From NCBI GenBank assembly GCA_959604355.1, contig CAUHAO010000008.1, positions 1,784 through 65,783 of the forward strand: a stretch of 64,000 nt of DNA. The letters are read 5' to 3'. Source of the DNA: an uncultured Eubacteriales bacterium. Lineage in GTDB: Bacteria > Bacillota > Clostridia > Oscillospirales > UBA644. Below, piece by piece: positions 1 through 9,203 of the stretch (within the stretch, counting starts at the first letter, position 1; every line of letters starts with the position of its first letter). The position numbers were made by a program, and so were the translations under genes. The notes beneath the pieces are model-generated. The model did no database searches, had not been told where the DNA came from, and worked only from the letters and a program-made list of their open reading frames with translations.

Positions 1-75
1 GCGGGAAATTTGCTTGCCGCGCGCCGCTTCGCGGCGCACGGCCGCGCGCTTCGCGCGCTGCCGCGGCAGCACGCC
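1..75. repeat. GC-rich stacked-hairpin intergenic element (copy A of a dispersed family)
   Basis: Adjacent short palindromes, two with TTCG loops: gcgccgcTTCGcggcgc and gcgcgcTTCGcgcgc, plus the loopless palindrome ctgccgcggcag. The same module types recur at 7375-7465, 9677-9772 and 46160-46255. Confidence 0.55.
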
Positions 76-90
76 TCCTTGTCCGTACAC

Positions 91-116
91 AAAATATACG
101 GCTCTTAAGAGCCCGT
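91..116 (-). terminator. Putative intrinsic terminator after the 140-466 gene
   Basis: Palindrome ggctcttaagagcc inside ccgtac/gtacgg arms. On the minus strand it is followed by tatatttt. Confidence 0.45.
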
Positions 117-139
117 ACGGTCTGCGTCGGTTTCGCCGC

Positions 140-466
140 TCAAGTTGCCCATTTTTCCGCGTCGTCGCCGAAAACTACCCTCACCACGGTCTCGGGCTGT
201 GCGCTCGAGCCGACGAGCACGACGCCTTTGTCACTTTCCGCGTCCGCCGCGCCGACTTTTGCCTCTTCGAGCGTCATTTTTCGCTCGTCAAGCGTCATCT
301 TTCGCTCGTCAAGCGCCATTTTCCGCTCCTCCAGCGCGATTTTTCTCACGTCCAGAGCCGCACGCCGCTCCGCCACGGTCATGGCCTGCGCATCTGCCGC
401 GGTCTTCGGCTTGCGACCGCGTTTTTTCTCGGTATCGCTCTGTGCCTGAACTTCGTTTTTGTCCAT
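140..466 (-). CDS. Small hypothetical coiled-coil protein with ERKMxLD heptad repeats
   Basis: 108-aa ORF with SD aaggag 7 nt upstream. It is last in a three-gene minus-strand module. Function unknown. Confidence 0.7.
   Translation of the reverse strand: MDKNEVQAQSDTEKKRGRKPKTAADAQAMTVAERRAALDVRKIALEERKMALDERKMTLDERKMTLEEAKVGAADAESDKGVVLVGSSAQPETVVRVVFGDDAEKWAT
271..354. repeat. In-frame 21-bp tandem repeat (4 units) inside the 140-466 CDS
   Basis: gcgtcatttttcgctcgtcaa-type unit repeated. It encodes the (L/V)(D/E)ERKM(A/T)L heptads. Confidence 0.8.
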
Positions 467-496
467 TTCAATACTCCTTTTTCCTGTTTTATCGTT

Positions 497-1267
497 TTAT
501 TCCTCTTTGTTGGCCGCTTCTTTCTCTTTCTCTTCTTCTTGCTTGACCATGCGCAGTATGTATTCATAGTCGTCCTTCTCCGTCAACAAAGGCGGCGGAA
601 GCTTCGACTCATAACGCTTTTTCGGCTTGGGCGGCGCACGTTTTTCCGCCTCCTGCCGCTCCCGATACCTGTTCCAGTTGCGCACAAGCGCCTGCCAGTC
701 ATGCACCTTCACCTTGCCCACAAGCCACCCCTTCGACGCGTAATAGTCGCAGAATTCGTCCGCGTCCACATATGAAAGCTTTTCCTTTTCCGCGTACTCT
801 CTCACCTGCGCCGCCGTCGGCGCAGCGAACTCCTTTTTGCCGCCGCCGCGCGCCGTCACGCCTCTCGGCTTGTCCCGAGAGGGCGGGGAAGAAGGAAAAA
901 GAGTCTGCGTAAGCAGAATTTCATTCTCATTTTCATTCTCATTCTCGTTCTCGTTCTCATTCTCATTCTCGTTCTCATTCTCATTCTCATTGTCTTTAAA
1001 AAGACCCTTTTCAGAACGATGCTCTTTGGATTTTTCGTCGCGCGCGATTTTTGCCCTGTCGCATTTCGCCTTGTACGCCTCGATATCCTTGTCTATCCAA
1101 AACTGTATCGACGGGAACACCGCCGCCGCCATCGTGCTCATCTCGGGCAAAGTGCCCCCCTGCGCGTACTCCAGACACGCCGTGAATATCTCGCCGCGCT
1201 CCTGCATCGACAGCCGTTCCATCGTTTTGAGAAAGCTGAAATGCGCGCGAAAATAGTCTCTTGCCAT
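497..1267 (-). CDS. Phage-associated-type protein (DUF6291-like N-terminus) with an internal (Asn-Glu)12 tract
   Basis: 256-aa ORF with SD aagagga upstream. The N-terminus MARDYFRAHFSFLKTMERLS..ERGEIF and the C-terminal ..QVREYAEKEKLSYVDADEFCDYYASKGWLVGKVKVHDWQALVRNW resemble small phage or plasmid accessory proteins from memory. The family assignment is not verified. Confidence 0.7.
   Translation of the reverse strand: MARDYFRAHFSFLKTMERLSMQERGEIFTACLEYAQGGTLPEMSTMAAAVFPSIQFWIDKDIEAYKAKCDRAKIARDEKSKEHRSEKGLFKDNENENENENENENENENENENENEILLTQTLFPSSPPSRDKPRGVTARGGGKKEFAAPTAAQVREYAEKEKLSYVDADEFCDYYASKGWLVGKVKVHDWQALVRNWNRYRERQEAEKRAPPKPKKRYESKLPPPLLTEKDDYEYILRMVKQEEEKEKEAANKEE
919..990. repeat. 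Hexanucleotide microsatellite (GAGAAY on the + strand) x12, in frame
   Basis: attctc/gttctc repeated 12 times. It translates as NENENE... on the minus strand. Confidence 0.9.
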
Positions 1268-1279
1268 CTTTTTCCTCTT

Positions 1280-1462
1280 TCAAATTTCATCCTCGTCCGC
1301 TTCGTACACGTCCTCGCCGCCGCAATAGGGGCATCGCGCAAGCCGAAACCTCACCGCTTCTCCTTCGCCGTACGCAACGTATTCCGCCGACCCTTCCTCC
1401 GCGTCGTCCTGCGAAAACCTCTCCGCACAGCCGCCGCATACAAGAATTTTTTCTCTGTACAT
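1280..1462 (-). CDS. Small zinc-ribbon protein (CGGC...CPYCGG)
   Basis: The ORF track gives 1280-1543. The internal start MYREKILVCGGC at 1462 is preferred, but both starts have weak SDs. Two CxxC pairs are present. Confidence 0.5.
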   Translation of the reverse strand: MYREKILVCGGCAERFSQDDAEEGSAEYVAYGEGEAVRFRLARCPYCGGEDVYEADEDEI

Positions 1463-1478
1463 TTTTTTTCGTTCTCTC

Positions 1479-1507
1479 TTGACTTTTTCATAAATATGGT
1501 GTATAAT
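1479..1507 (+). promoter_or_regulatory. Sigma-A-type promoter, TTGACT-17-TATAAT
   Basis: ttgact at 1479-1484 and tataat at 1502-1507 with a 17-nt spacer. It points toward the 1707 gene. Confidence 0.5.
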
Positions 1508-1594
1508 ATGTACAAGGTAATGATTATCCCTTGCCGTGAGCATTTTTCCGCGGCATGTCCGCCGATTGTATGCTCGTCCTTGTGGGATGTATAT

Positions 1595-1623
1595 ATTATA
1601 TCACAAAAAGTGAAATAAGTCAA
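1595..1623 (-). promoter_or_regulatory. Divergent sigma-A-type promoter, TTGACT-17-TATAAT on the minus strand
   Basis: agtcaa at 1618-1623 and attata at 1595-1600 on the + strand, with a 17-nt spacer. It points toward the 1462-140 module. Confidence 0.5.
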
Positions 1624-1706
1624 GGGCAAAATTGTAAAAAATTTGAAACATATATTGATATGATTACGGCAAGCCACCCGACACGGTAACAGAAGAGGTA
1701 AGAAAC

Positions 1707-2357
1707 ATGGCTCAGCTTTTTTGTCCCAAATGCGGCGCCGAGCTCAACGGGAACAGATGTCCGAATTGCGCGCCCGCGCGGAAGAATTTCGACGAAATGA
1801 CGCCCGAGGAGAAAAAGGCGTCTCTGCGCGCCGATCTTGCGGCGGGACGTCTCGAAAAATGGCAGTATAACGTGGAAATGAGCAAGTTAAGAGGCGATTC
1901 CGACGCGGGTACGACGCATGTTTCGCGCGGCTCCGTGGCGTACGTCGGCGGCAGATACACCGTCAAACGTCAGGGCTTCTTGCTTGCGGCGGCAATAATC
2001 TCCACGGTGCTCTCGGTATTCCTCATCGTCATGCCCATAGTTCTCGGCGCGGTGGTCGAGGCCCGTGTCGGCGACTATATAAAAGACGCGCTCGAGTCGG
2101 GCGAGATAACGCAGCAGGAGGCAGACGAGCTGCGTGACGAAGCGATTTCCCCGATGCAATGGTATTTTTCGCTCGTAAGTCCCGTATCTCTGCTGCCGTG
2201 TGTCGCGGGGAGCGTGTTTGCGTGGATAGGCTGGGGCGCGAGAAAGCGCTGGGCGGCTCTCGTCGCGGGCATTGCGTTTGTCTGCGGCGGTTTGGCGATG
2301 CTCACGCTCGTGTGTGCGGTGTTCTCGTTCATCTCCTATGCGCGTATGACGCAGTAG
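1707..2357 (+). CDS. Zinc-ribbon membrane protein
   Basis: The N-terminus is MAQLFCPKCGAELNGNRCPNC, and several hydrophobic segments lie in the C-terminal half. SD agaagagg upstream. Confidence 0.8.
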   Translation: MAQLFCPKCGAELNGNRCPNCAPARKNFDEMTPEEKKASLRADLAAGRLEKWQYNVEMSKLRGDSDAGTTHVSRGSVAYVGGRYTVKRQGFLLAAAIISTVLSVFLIVMPIVLGAVVEARVGDYIKDALESGEITQQEADELRDEAISPMQWYFSLVSPVSLLPCVAGSVFAWIGWGARKRWAALVAGIAFVCGGLAMLTLVCAVFSFISYARMTQ

Positions 2358-2482
2358 CCGTCACGCCGAGGGAAATATTCCTTCCTATGCGCGTATGACG
2401 CAATAGCCGTCACGCCGAGGGAAATATTCCTTCCCATGCGCGTATGACGCAGTAGCCGTCACGCCGAGGGATATATTCCTTT
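2334..2482. repeat. 49-bp tandem repeat x3 that starts inside the last codons of the 1707-2357 CDS
   Basis: The unit tatgcgcgtatgacgca(g/a)tagccgtcacgccgaggga(a/t)atattcctt begins at about 2337, 2386 and 2435. Confidence 0.9.
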
Positions 2483-2499
2483 AAAAAAGCATAAAAAAG

Positions 2500-2528
2500 C
2501 CCGTCGGTTTCCCGACGGGTCTGTTTTT
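2500..2528 (+). terminator. Intrinsic terminator
   Basis: cccgtcgg-ttt-cccgacggg hairpin followed by a T-run. Confidence 0.75.
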
Positions 2529-2542
2529 GCGCAAAAACACGA

Positions 2543-2576
2543 ACGCCCCGGCGTTTCTGCGCCGGGGCGTTTTTCT
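2543..2576. terminator. Second, bidirectional-looking terminator hairpin
   Basis: acgccccggcg / cgccggggcgt stem. It is followed by ttttt on the + strand and gtgttttt on the minus strand, and lies 8 nt past the stop of the 2578 gene. Confidence 0.7.
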
Positions 2577-2577
2577 T

Positions 2578-3027
2578 CTATAAGTCGATACGTTTCAGTT
2601 TTTTCGGGGCTTTCGGCTCATTCTGCGCCGTCTGTGCCGCCTCGTTTTTCGCCTCATTTTTCACCGCGTTGTCGGGCTTTGCCTCGTTTTTCGCCTCATT
2701 TTTCGCCGCATTGCCGGGCTTTGCCTCGTTTTTTGCCTCATTTTTCACCGCGTTGCCGGGCTTTGCCTCGTTTTTCGCCGCGTTTTTCAGTTCGCGTGTT
2801 TCTCTGCGCCGTATCTGCGCTATCATCGCCACGGCAGTCCACACGGATGAGAATATCCACACCGGCAGAACCGCCTGCTTTGAGAGCGCGTGGGATATGA
2901 ACGACGCGTAGGGGTTGAATATCTCGATTATCAGGAACGTCAGCACCATCGCGGCACATATCATCGAGACGTGAGCCATTATCTGCGTCACCGTCCGCAG
3001 AAATCTTTTTGATCTGTTTTTACTCAT
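2578..3027 (-). CDS. Membrane protein with a C-terminal KNEAK(P/N) repeat tail
   Basis: The ATG at 3027 (MSKNRSKRF) has a GGAGG 6 nt upstream. The track start at 3042 is a TTG. Two TM segments precede repeated AKNEAKPGNAVKNEAKNE units. Confidence 0.75.
   Translation of the reverse strand: MSKNRSKRFLRTVTQIMAHVSMICAAMVLTFLIIEIFNPYASFISHALSKQAVLPVWIFSSVWTAVAMIAQIRRRETRELKNAAKNEAKPGNAVKNEAKNEAKPGNAAKNEAKNEAKPDNAVKNEAKNEAAQTAQNEPKAPKKLKRIDL
2639..2790. repeat. In-frame 48-bp tandem repeat (~3 units) inside the 2578-3027 CDS
   Basis: gcctcgtttttcgcctcatttttc(a/g)ccgc(g/a)ttg(t/c)cgggcttt is repeated. Confidence 0.85.
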
Positions 3028-4039
3028 CGGCGACCTCCGCAATGTAAAGAATGTCGCTGAGCTTACGCACTCCTTCGTCGGGCGGCGCGATATTTATCAT
3101 TTTGTCGCCGAACGTCATCGTCGAGGACTGTCCGCCGTCGAGATTGTACGCCAGCCTGCAGCCCAGCCCGAGCATCAGCTCCGCCAGTTCGCGCATTTTC
3201 ATGCCCTGCGACACGTCGCTGCGCCCGTCAACGGTCACGAAGCAGTAATGCCCCGGCTCGAAATATCCCAGCGCGGTGCGCGGATTTGCGGCGTTGATAT
3301 ACGAGTACCATTTTTCGGGGATTGCTCCGTTGCGCACGAGCGTCGGGCCGAAGCACCATGCCTGCCATGCTCCCGCCGCAAGCTCCGCCTGAGCGTCAAA
3401 GCCCTTCACGGTGCGGTTGCGGTCCGCGGCAAAGTCCTTCATCGAGCCGTCCGAGTACATCACGAGCACGTCGTTGTCGGGTTTGCCTCGGTACAGCACG
3501 CCGTTTCTCAGTACGACGCCGCCGTCGCCCATGCCGAAGCCGTTGTAGTCGCCGTTTATCGCGCATACGGCAGAGTTTTCCAGCGCCATCGAGAGCCCTG
3601 TCTGCTTTGTTCCGTCAAGCCTGCCGCTCGAAAACGCGGTGCGGAAATTCTGCGGATTCCTTATATAAATATCCTGCACATAGTAGTTCGAGCCGTTGAC
3701 CCTGCCGCGATAGCATTTCACGTAAATGTCGTGCGACCTGTATTCGGTGTCCGTCACCGTCACGTCGTCGCCGTCGGCAAACTTGTCCGCGAATTTCTTG
3801 CCGAACATGCCCTGCCACACCTCGTCCGTCGGCTTTTCGGAGGGGTCTTGCGAAGTGGAATGCGTCGGTGTCTCCTGCGTCGGCTCGAAAACGGGAGAGG
3901 ACGGGCCGAACGTAAGCACATGGTCAAACAGCGCAAACACACAAAGCGCCGCACCGAGCGCCACCGTGTCTATGACCACGAGCGCCCACAACGGCAATAT
4001 ATGTTTTTTCATCTTACTCATTTCCGTCGGATACCTCAT
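3020..4039 (-). CDS. Phosphodiester glycosidase family protein (DUF2233/NAGPA-like), membrane anchored
   Basis: Motifs ..AINGDYNGFG..GVVLRNG.., ..FGPTLVRNG.., ..PRTALGY..FVTVDGRS.. and ..AYNLDGGQSS are typical of this family. An N-terminal TM segment is present. The start codon is uncertain (M1, M7 or M10). Confidence 0.8.
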   Translation of the reverse strand: MRYPTEMSKMKKHILPLWALVVIDTVALGAALCVFALFDHVLTFGPSSPVFEPTQETPTHSTSQDPSEKPTDEVWQGMFGKKFADKFADGDDVTVTDTEYRSHDIYVKCYRGRVNGSNYYVQDIYIRNPQNFRTAFSSGRLDGTKQTGLSMALENSAVCAINGDYNGFGMGDGGVVLRNGVLYRGKPDNDVLVMYSDGSMKDFAADRNRTVKGFDAQAELAAGAWQAWCFGPTLVRNGAIPEKWYSYINAANPRTALGYFEPGHYCFVTVDGRSDVSQGMKMRELAELMLGLGCRLAYNLDGGQSSTMTFGDKMINIAPPDEGVRKLSDILYIAEVADE

Positions 4040-4056
4040 ATGCTTTTTCGGTATCC

Positions 4057-4085
4057 ATAATACTTTTTTTTACACGATTTGTCAA
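4057..4085 (-). promoter_or_regulatory. Sigma-A-type promoter, TTGACA-17-TATTAT (minus strand)
   Basis: tgtcaa at 4080-4085 and ataata at 4057-4062 on the + strand, with a 17-nt spacer. Confidence 0.5.
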
Positions 4086-4173
4086 GTGCTTTTGCGAATA
4101 TGCCACGAATTGGACTAAATAATGTATTATTTGCCGAAAAAAGGGTTTTTATGTCGCGGCAGGGCAGGGGGCT

Positions 4174-6320
<2,147 letters not shown>

Positions 6321-6465
6321 GCGCCGCGCCGCCGCTTGCCCCGTCCGTCGCTTCTCCCATGTCGTTGCCGCTTGCTCCGTGTCGTTGCCGCCTGCTCCGT
6401 GTCGTTGCTCCTTGCACGCGCCGCCGCTTGCCCCTGTGCCGTCGCTCCTTGTCGCGTGCCGTCGT
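6321..6465. repeat. Composite GC-rich tandem repeats
   Basis: gtcgttgccgc(t/c)tgctccgt occurs twice plus a partial copy. gccgccgcttgccc..gtcgct also occurs twice. Confidence 0.6.
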
Positions 6466-6501
6466 TGTACCTATGCCCGAGACGTGCATGAATTTCCCGT
6501 T

Positions 6502-7104
6502 TTATCTGTTAAACGGCACACTGCCCACGATCACCGTTTCCGCCGCGACGACCTGTGTTTTGACCGTGCGCCGCACCGTCTGCGTCGGCATGAGCAGGCA
6601 GATCTCCGCCACGACCTCAAGCGTCACCCGATGCACCGTCTGGTTGAGTCCAGCGCCGACAAATTCGGTTATGTAGTTCGCGCTCACGGTCTGCACAAGC
6701 ACCACCTTTACGGGTATTGCCGCACCTTTTCCAGCGAGCATGTCAAGCCCCGTCAATGTTCCCACAGGCACCTCTACCTTCGCCGTGTCGGGCGTTGATA
6801 TCGCACTTGTTACTTTCTCCACAACGTCGCTCTTTATTCGGTTCATCGCCGCCGTGTCGAGCCGCAGAGCCGTAAGCGCGCCGCTCGAGTCCACCTCCGT
6901 GCGCACAATATCCACCCCGTCCAGCGACAGCGTCACCGTGTCGTTGATCAGCCGCGTCAGCATTATGTCCGCCTTCGCCGCCGCCTCCTCACGCAGTATA
7001 GGGCGCACCGCCGCGTCAAGCCCTTGCAGCAGCAATATCACCGCCGTCGCGCATACGATGACCGTTGCCGCAGTCTTTATCCTTTTTATATTTCTCAATG
7101 TCAT
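6502..7104 (-). CDS. yunB: Sporulation protein YunB
   Basis: 200 aa with an N-terminal TM segment. ..INDTV.., ..VPVGTLTG..LAGKG..IPVK.. and ..VHRV.L.V.A.. fit the YunB family pattern. Confidence 0.8.
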   Translation of the reverse strand: MTLRNIKRIKTAATVIVCATAVILLLQGLDAAVRPILREEAAAKADIMLTRLINDTVTLSLDGVDIVRTEVDSSGALTALRLDTAAMNRIKSDVVEKVTSAISTPDTAKVEVPVGTLTGLDMLAGKGAAIPVKVVLVQTVSANYITEFVGAGLNQTVHRVTLEVVAEICLLMPTQTVRRTVKTQVVAAETVIVGSVPFNR

Positions 7105-7196
7105 TTTTCCGCCCCGCCTTTTGCTGTCTTTTCTTTAATATATATGCTGATATATATGCTTCATATTTCTTTTTATCGGAGCGTGACGTGCGAGCC

Positions 7197-7234
7197 GCAA
7201 AAAATATCGCGGAGCGTTTTTGTCTCGCTCCGCG
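7197..7234 (-). terminator. Intrinsic terminator (minus strand)
   Basis: cgcggagcg / cgctccgcg stem. On the minus strand it is followed by seven T (A7 at 7198-7204 on the + strand). Confidence 0.75.
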
Positions 7235-7249
7235 AATTGTTATATCTTT

Positions 7250-7344
7250 AATATGTCCGTGTTTTTAATCTGCTGCGTTTTAATATCTTCGTGTTTTAAT
7301 ATCTCCGTGTTTTAATATGTCAGCGTTTTTAATCTGCCGCGTTA
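7250..7344. repeat. 15-17-bp tandem repeat x6 (aatatNtccgtgtttt type)
   Basis: aatatgtccgtgttttt, aatctgctgcgtttt, aatatcttcgtgtttt, aatatctccgtgtttt, aatatgtcagcgttttt, aatctgccgcgtta. Confidence 0.8.
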
Positions 7345-7374
7345 TATTGAAATATGTGTACGTTCGGTTTTCTC

Positions 7375-7465
7375 GCCGCGACGCAAATTTCCTTCGGAAA
7401 TTTGCAGTCGTGCGCCTCTTTGAGGCGCACGACTGCGCGCTTCGCGCGCCGTCGCGGCGCGCTCT
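7375..7465. repeat. GC-rich stacked-hairpin element (copy B)
   Basis: gcaaatttccTTCGgaaatttgc, gtcgtgcgcctcTTTGaggcgcacgac and gcgcgcTTCGcgcgc lie back to back. Confidence 0.6.
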
Positions 7466-7513
7466 TTAACGTACAGATATTTTATTCTTTCTCTCCGCGC
7501 CGTATCCTGCACT

Positions 7514-8251
7514 TTATCTTTTCTTCCGCACGTCTCCGTATATGACTGCAGCGTCACTCTGCCCGTAATCATACACGTCTCCTTCGCAGCTCACGACACG
7601 CACGCCGTGCTCCGCGCAGAACGAACGTATCGCCGCCGCATCGGGCAAAAACGTGTCAATGTCGCCCGTGAAAACGATAACGTCGCCGTCGGGGCAGGGG
7701 ATACGGCACGACGCACCGCCTATGAACCCGCACCCGAACCCGTTGAGCCGCACGCCGTCATTCGTCACCTTCAGCACGTCAAGCCCGCACCGCACCGCCG
7801 CCTTCGCGATGCCCGCGTCCGACGTTATCAGCGCGTTTTCGCTCACCGACACGGTACTGCATTTCGCATACCCCTGCCTCACGTTGACAATGTCCATGCC
7901 CAGCCGCCGCGCCTGATGCAAAACCTCCGCGTCCGTGTACTTCTCCGCGCAGAACAGGCGCTTTCCCACCGCCGCCGCGTTGTACGCCACGTCATTCGGA
8001 TACGGCGAATACGGCACGCTCAGCCCGCACACGGCGTCCGCGAAAGGCGACACATTTTCAAACATTTCGGGCGCGCAGACAACAACGTCGTCAAGCACAC
8101 ACAGCGCCGCGTCCGTGTGACGGGCAACCTCGCCCTCAATGCCTCCGAGCCTCGGCAGAAACACCGCTTCCGCGTCGCTCCGCACGCGCTTTATCGCCTG
8201 TACGAACTCCGCCTTTATCCCTTCCGCCGCGAAAATAACGATACGTTCCAT
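7514..8251 (-). CDS. Conserved hypothetical protein (recalled as DUF6873-like)
   Basis: The start is moved to MERIVIFAAEG (8251). ..YPNDVAYNAA..QGYAKCS..ENALITSD..GFIGGAS.. is a conserved clostridial family pattern from memory. Function unknown. Confidence 0.8.
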   Translation of the reverse strand: MERIVIFAAEGIKAEFVQAIKRVRSDAEAVFLPRLGGIEGEVARHTDAALCVLDDVVVCAPEMFENVSPFADAVCGLSVPYSPYPNDVAYNAAAVGKRLFCAEKYTDAEVLHQARRLGMDIVNVRQGYAKCSTVSVSENALITSDAGIAKAAVRCGLDVLKVTNDGVRLNGFGCGFIGGASCRIPCPDGDVIVFTGDIDTFLPDAAAIRSFCAEHGVRVVSCEGDVYDYGQSDAAVIYGDVRKKR

Positions 8252-8274
8252 CACTCGCACGCTCCTTGTCCCGT

Positions 8275-8436
8275 TCTTTACCTTCCGAATCCCGCGTAAT
8301 CTGCGCATTATTCTTTATCCTGCACGTCCCCGTGCATTGCCTCAGCGGCTCGCTTTTGCCAGCGTCGGCAACGAGCCGAATCCCGCGTAATCTGCGCATT
8401 ATTTTTTATTCTGTACGTCCCCGTGCATTGGCTCAG
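8275..8436. repeat. 91-bp direct repeat x2 (about 70 nt conserved per copy)
   Basis: ccgaatcccgcgtaatctgcgcattatt..tgcacgtccccgtgcattg.ctcagcggctcgct occurs at 8275-8344 and 8366-8436. Confidence 0.85.
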
Positions 8437-8446
8437 CGGCTCGCTG

Positions 8447-8632
8447 TAAAAAAAAATCCCGCCCGGCCGTGCCTCATCTTACGGTAAAATCAAACCCTGC
8501 ATAAGCAGGTTGGGTTAAATCCTCTCCACCGCTTTGTGCTCCCAACGTCCGGACAATGTCCGGGAGGTCTGCATACCCGACAGCGGAAGCCGGATTCCCA
8601 TGTTCGAAGTGTAGGTTTTAATATACCGTAAT
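8447..8632 (-). ncRNA. Structured rod-like RNA candidate (6S-RNA-like architecture; identity unverified)
   Basis: On the minus strand, UUACGGUA (8631-8624) pairs with UACCGUAA (8486-8479), extended by AAACCU/AGGGUU. Irregular inner helices follow (AAUCC/GGAUU, CCGCU/AGCGG, CUCCC/GGGAG), with an apical CCGGACAUUGUCCGG hairpin and a U9 run at 8455-8447. No plausible ORF. Confidence 0.4.
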
Positions 8633-8678
8633 ACACGAACCGCGCAGGAAGTTTTGCTACGCTATGCGACGGTCAGGG

Positions 8679-8981
8679 TCAGATTTCGTCCGAATCCGTA
8701 TCGGTGTCGAAATCGTACTCATCGTCAAGCTTTGCCTCGATCGCTTCAAGGACTTCATTGAATTCGTCCTCGTCCGTGATCGTGTTGAAGACCTTCTCGT
8801 CTTCATCTTCTTCGTTATCATCCACTCTCAGGATCATGAACTCACACTCGGGATCGTCCACGTGCGCCGCTTCCACGACCGCAACGTATACGTTATCATT
8901 ATATTCAACGCTCTCGATTATCACATAGTCAATGTCTATACCGTCTTCGTCGGTAAGAGTTATTATTTCTCTGTCTTCCAT
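8679..8981 (-). CDS. DUF1292 domain-containing protein
   Basis: The start is moved to MEDREIITLTDEDG (8981) with GAGGAG 8 nt upstream. The acidic protein ..TLTDEDG..Y.....E......Y.A....D..E..ILR fits the DUF1292 pattern. Confidence 0.85.
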   Translation of the reverse strand: MEDREIITLTDEDGIDIDYVIIESVEYNDNVYVAVVEAAHVDDPECEFMILRVDDNEEDEDEKVFNTITDEDEFNEVLEAIEAKLDDEYDFDTDTDSDEI

Positions 8982-9011
8982 ATTTTCGGTCTCCTCGTTG
9001 TTACTGTTTAT

Positions 9012-9040
9012 ATTATACAATATGATATCTGTTTTGTCAA
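9012..9040 (-). promoter_or_regulatory. Perfect sigma-A consensus promoter, TTGACA-17-TATAAT (minus strand)
   Basis: tgtcaa at 9035-9040 and attata at 9012-9017 on the + strand, with a 17-nt spacer, upstream of the DUF1292 gene. Confidence 0.6.
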
Positions 9041-9203
9041 CACTTTTTTTTGAATAAGTGCGCATTTTCCTCGATTTTCCGTCGCATTGCGCCATTGCGA
9101 CACGGTTCGACATTTTACGACTCTTCCGCGCCGTATCCCGCAGTGACGCACATCATCCTTTGCCCGTATCCGTGCATGGGCGCCGCGTCACGTTGCCTCG
9201 ACC

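Noticed and set aside
140-1623. Prophage or integrated element at the left edge.
   Set aside because: There are only three small accessory-type genes. No integrase, structural, lysis or att features fall inside the window. It may be a remnant, but that cannot be judged without the sequence to the left.
8480-8640. Plus-strand reading as a ydaO (c-di-AMP)-type riboswitch (UUGGGUUAAAUCC, ACCCGACAGC).
   Set aside because: Only two short partial matches exist. No + strand gene lies downstream to regulate, since the next gene is on the minus strand. The poly-U tract is on the minus strand.
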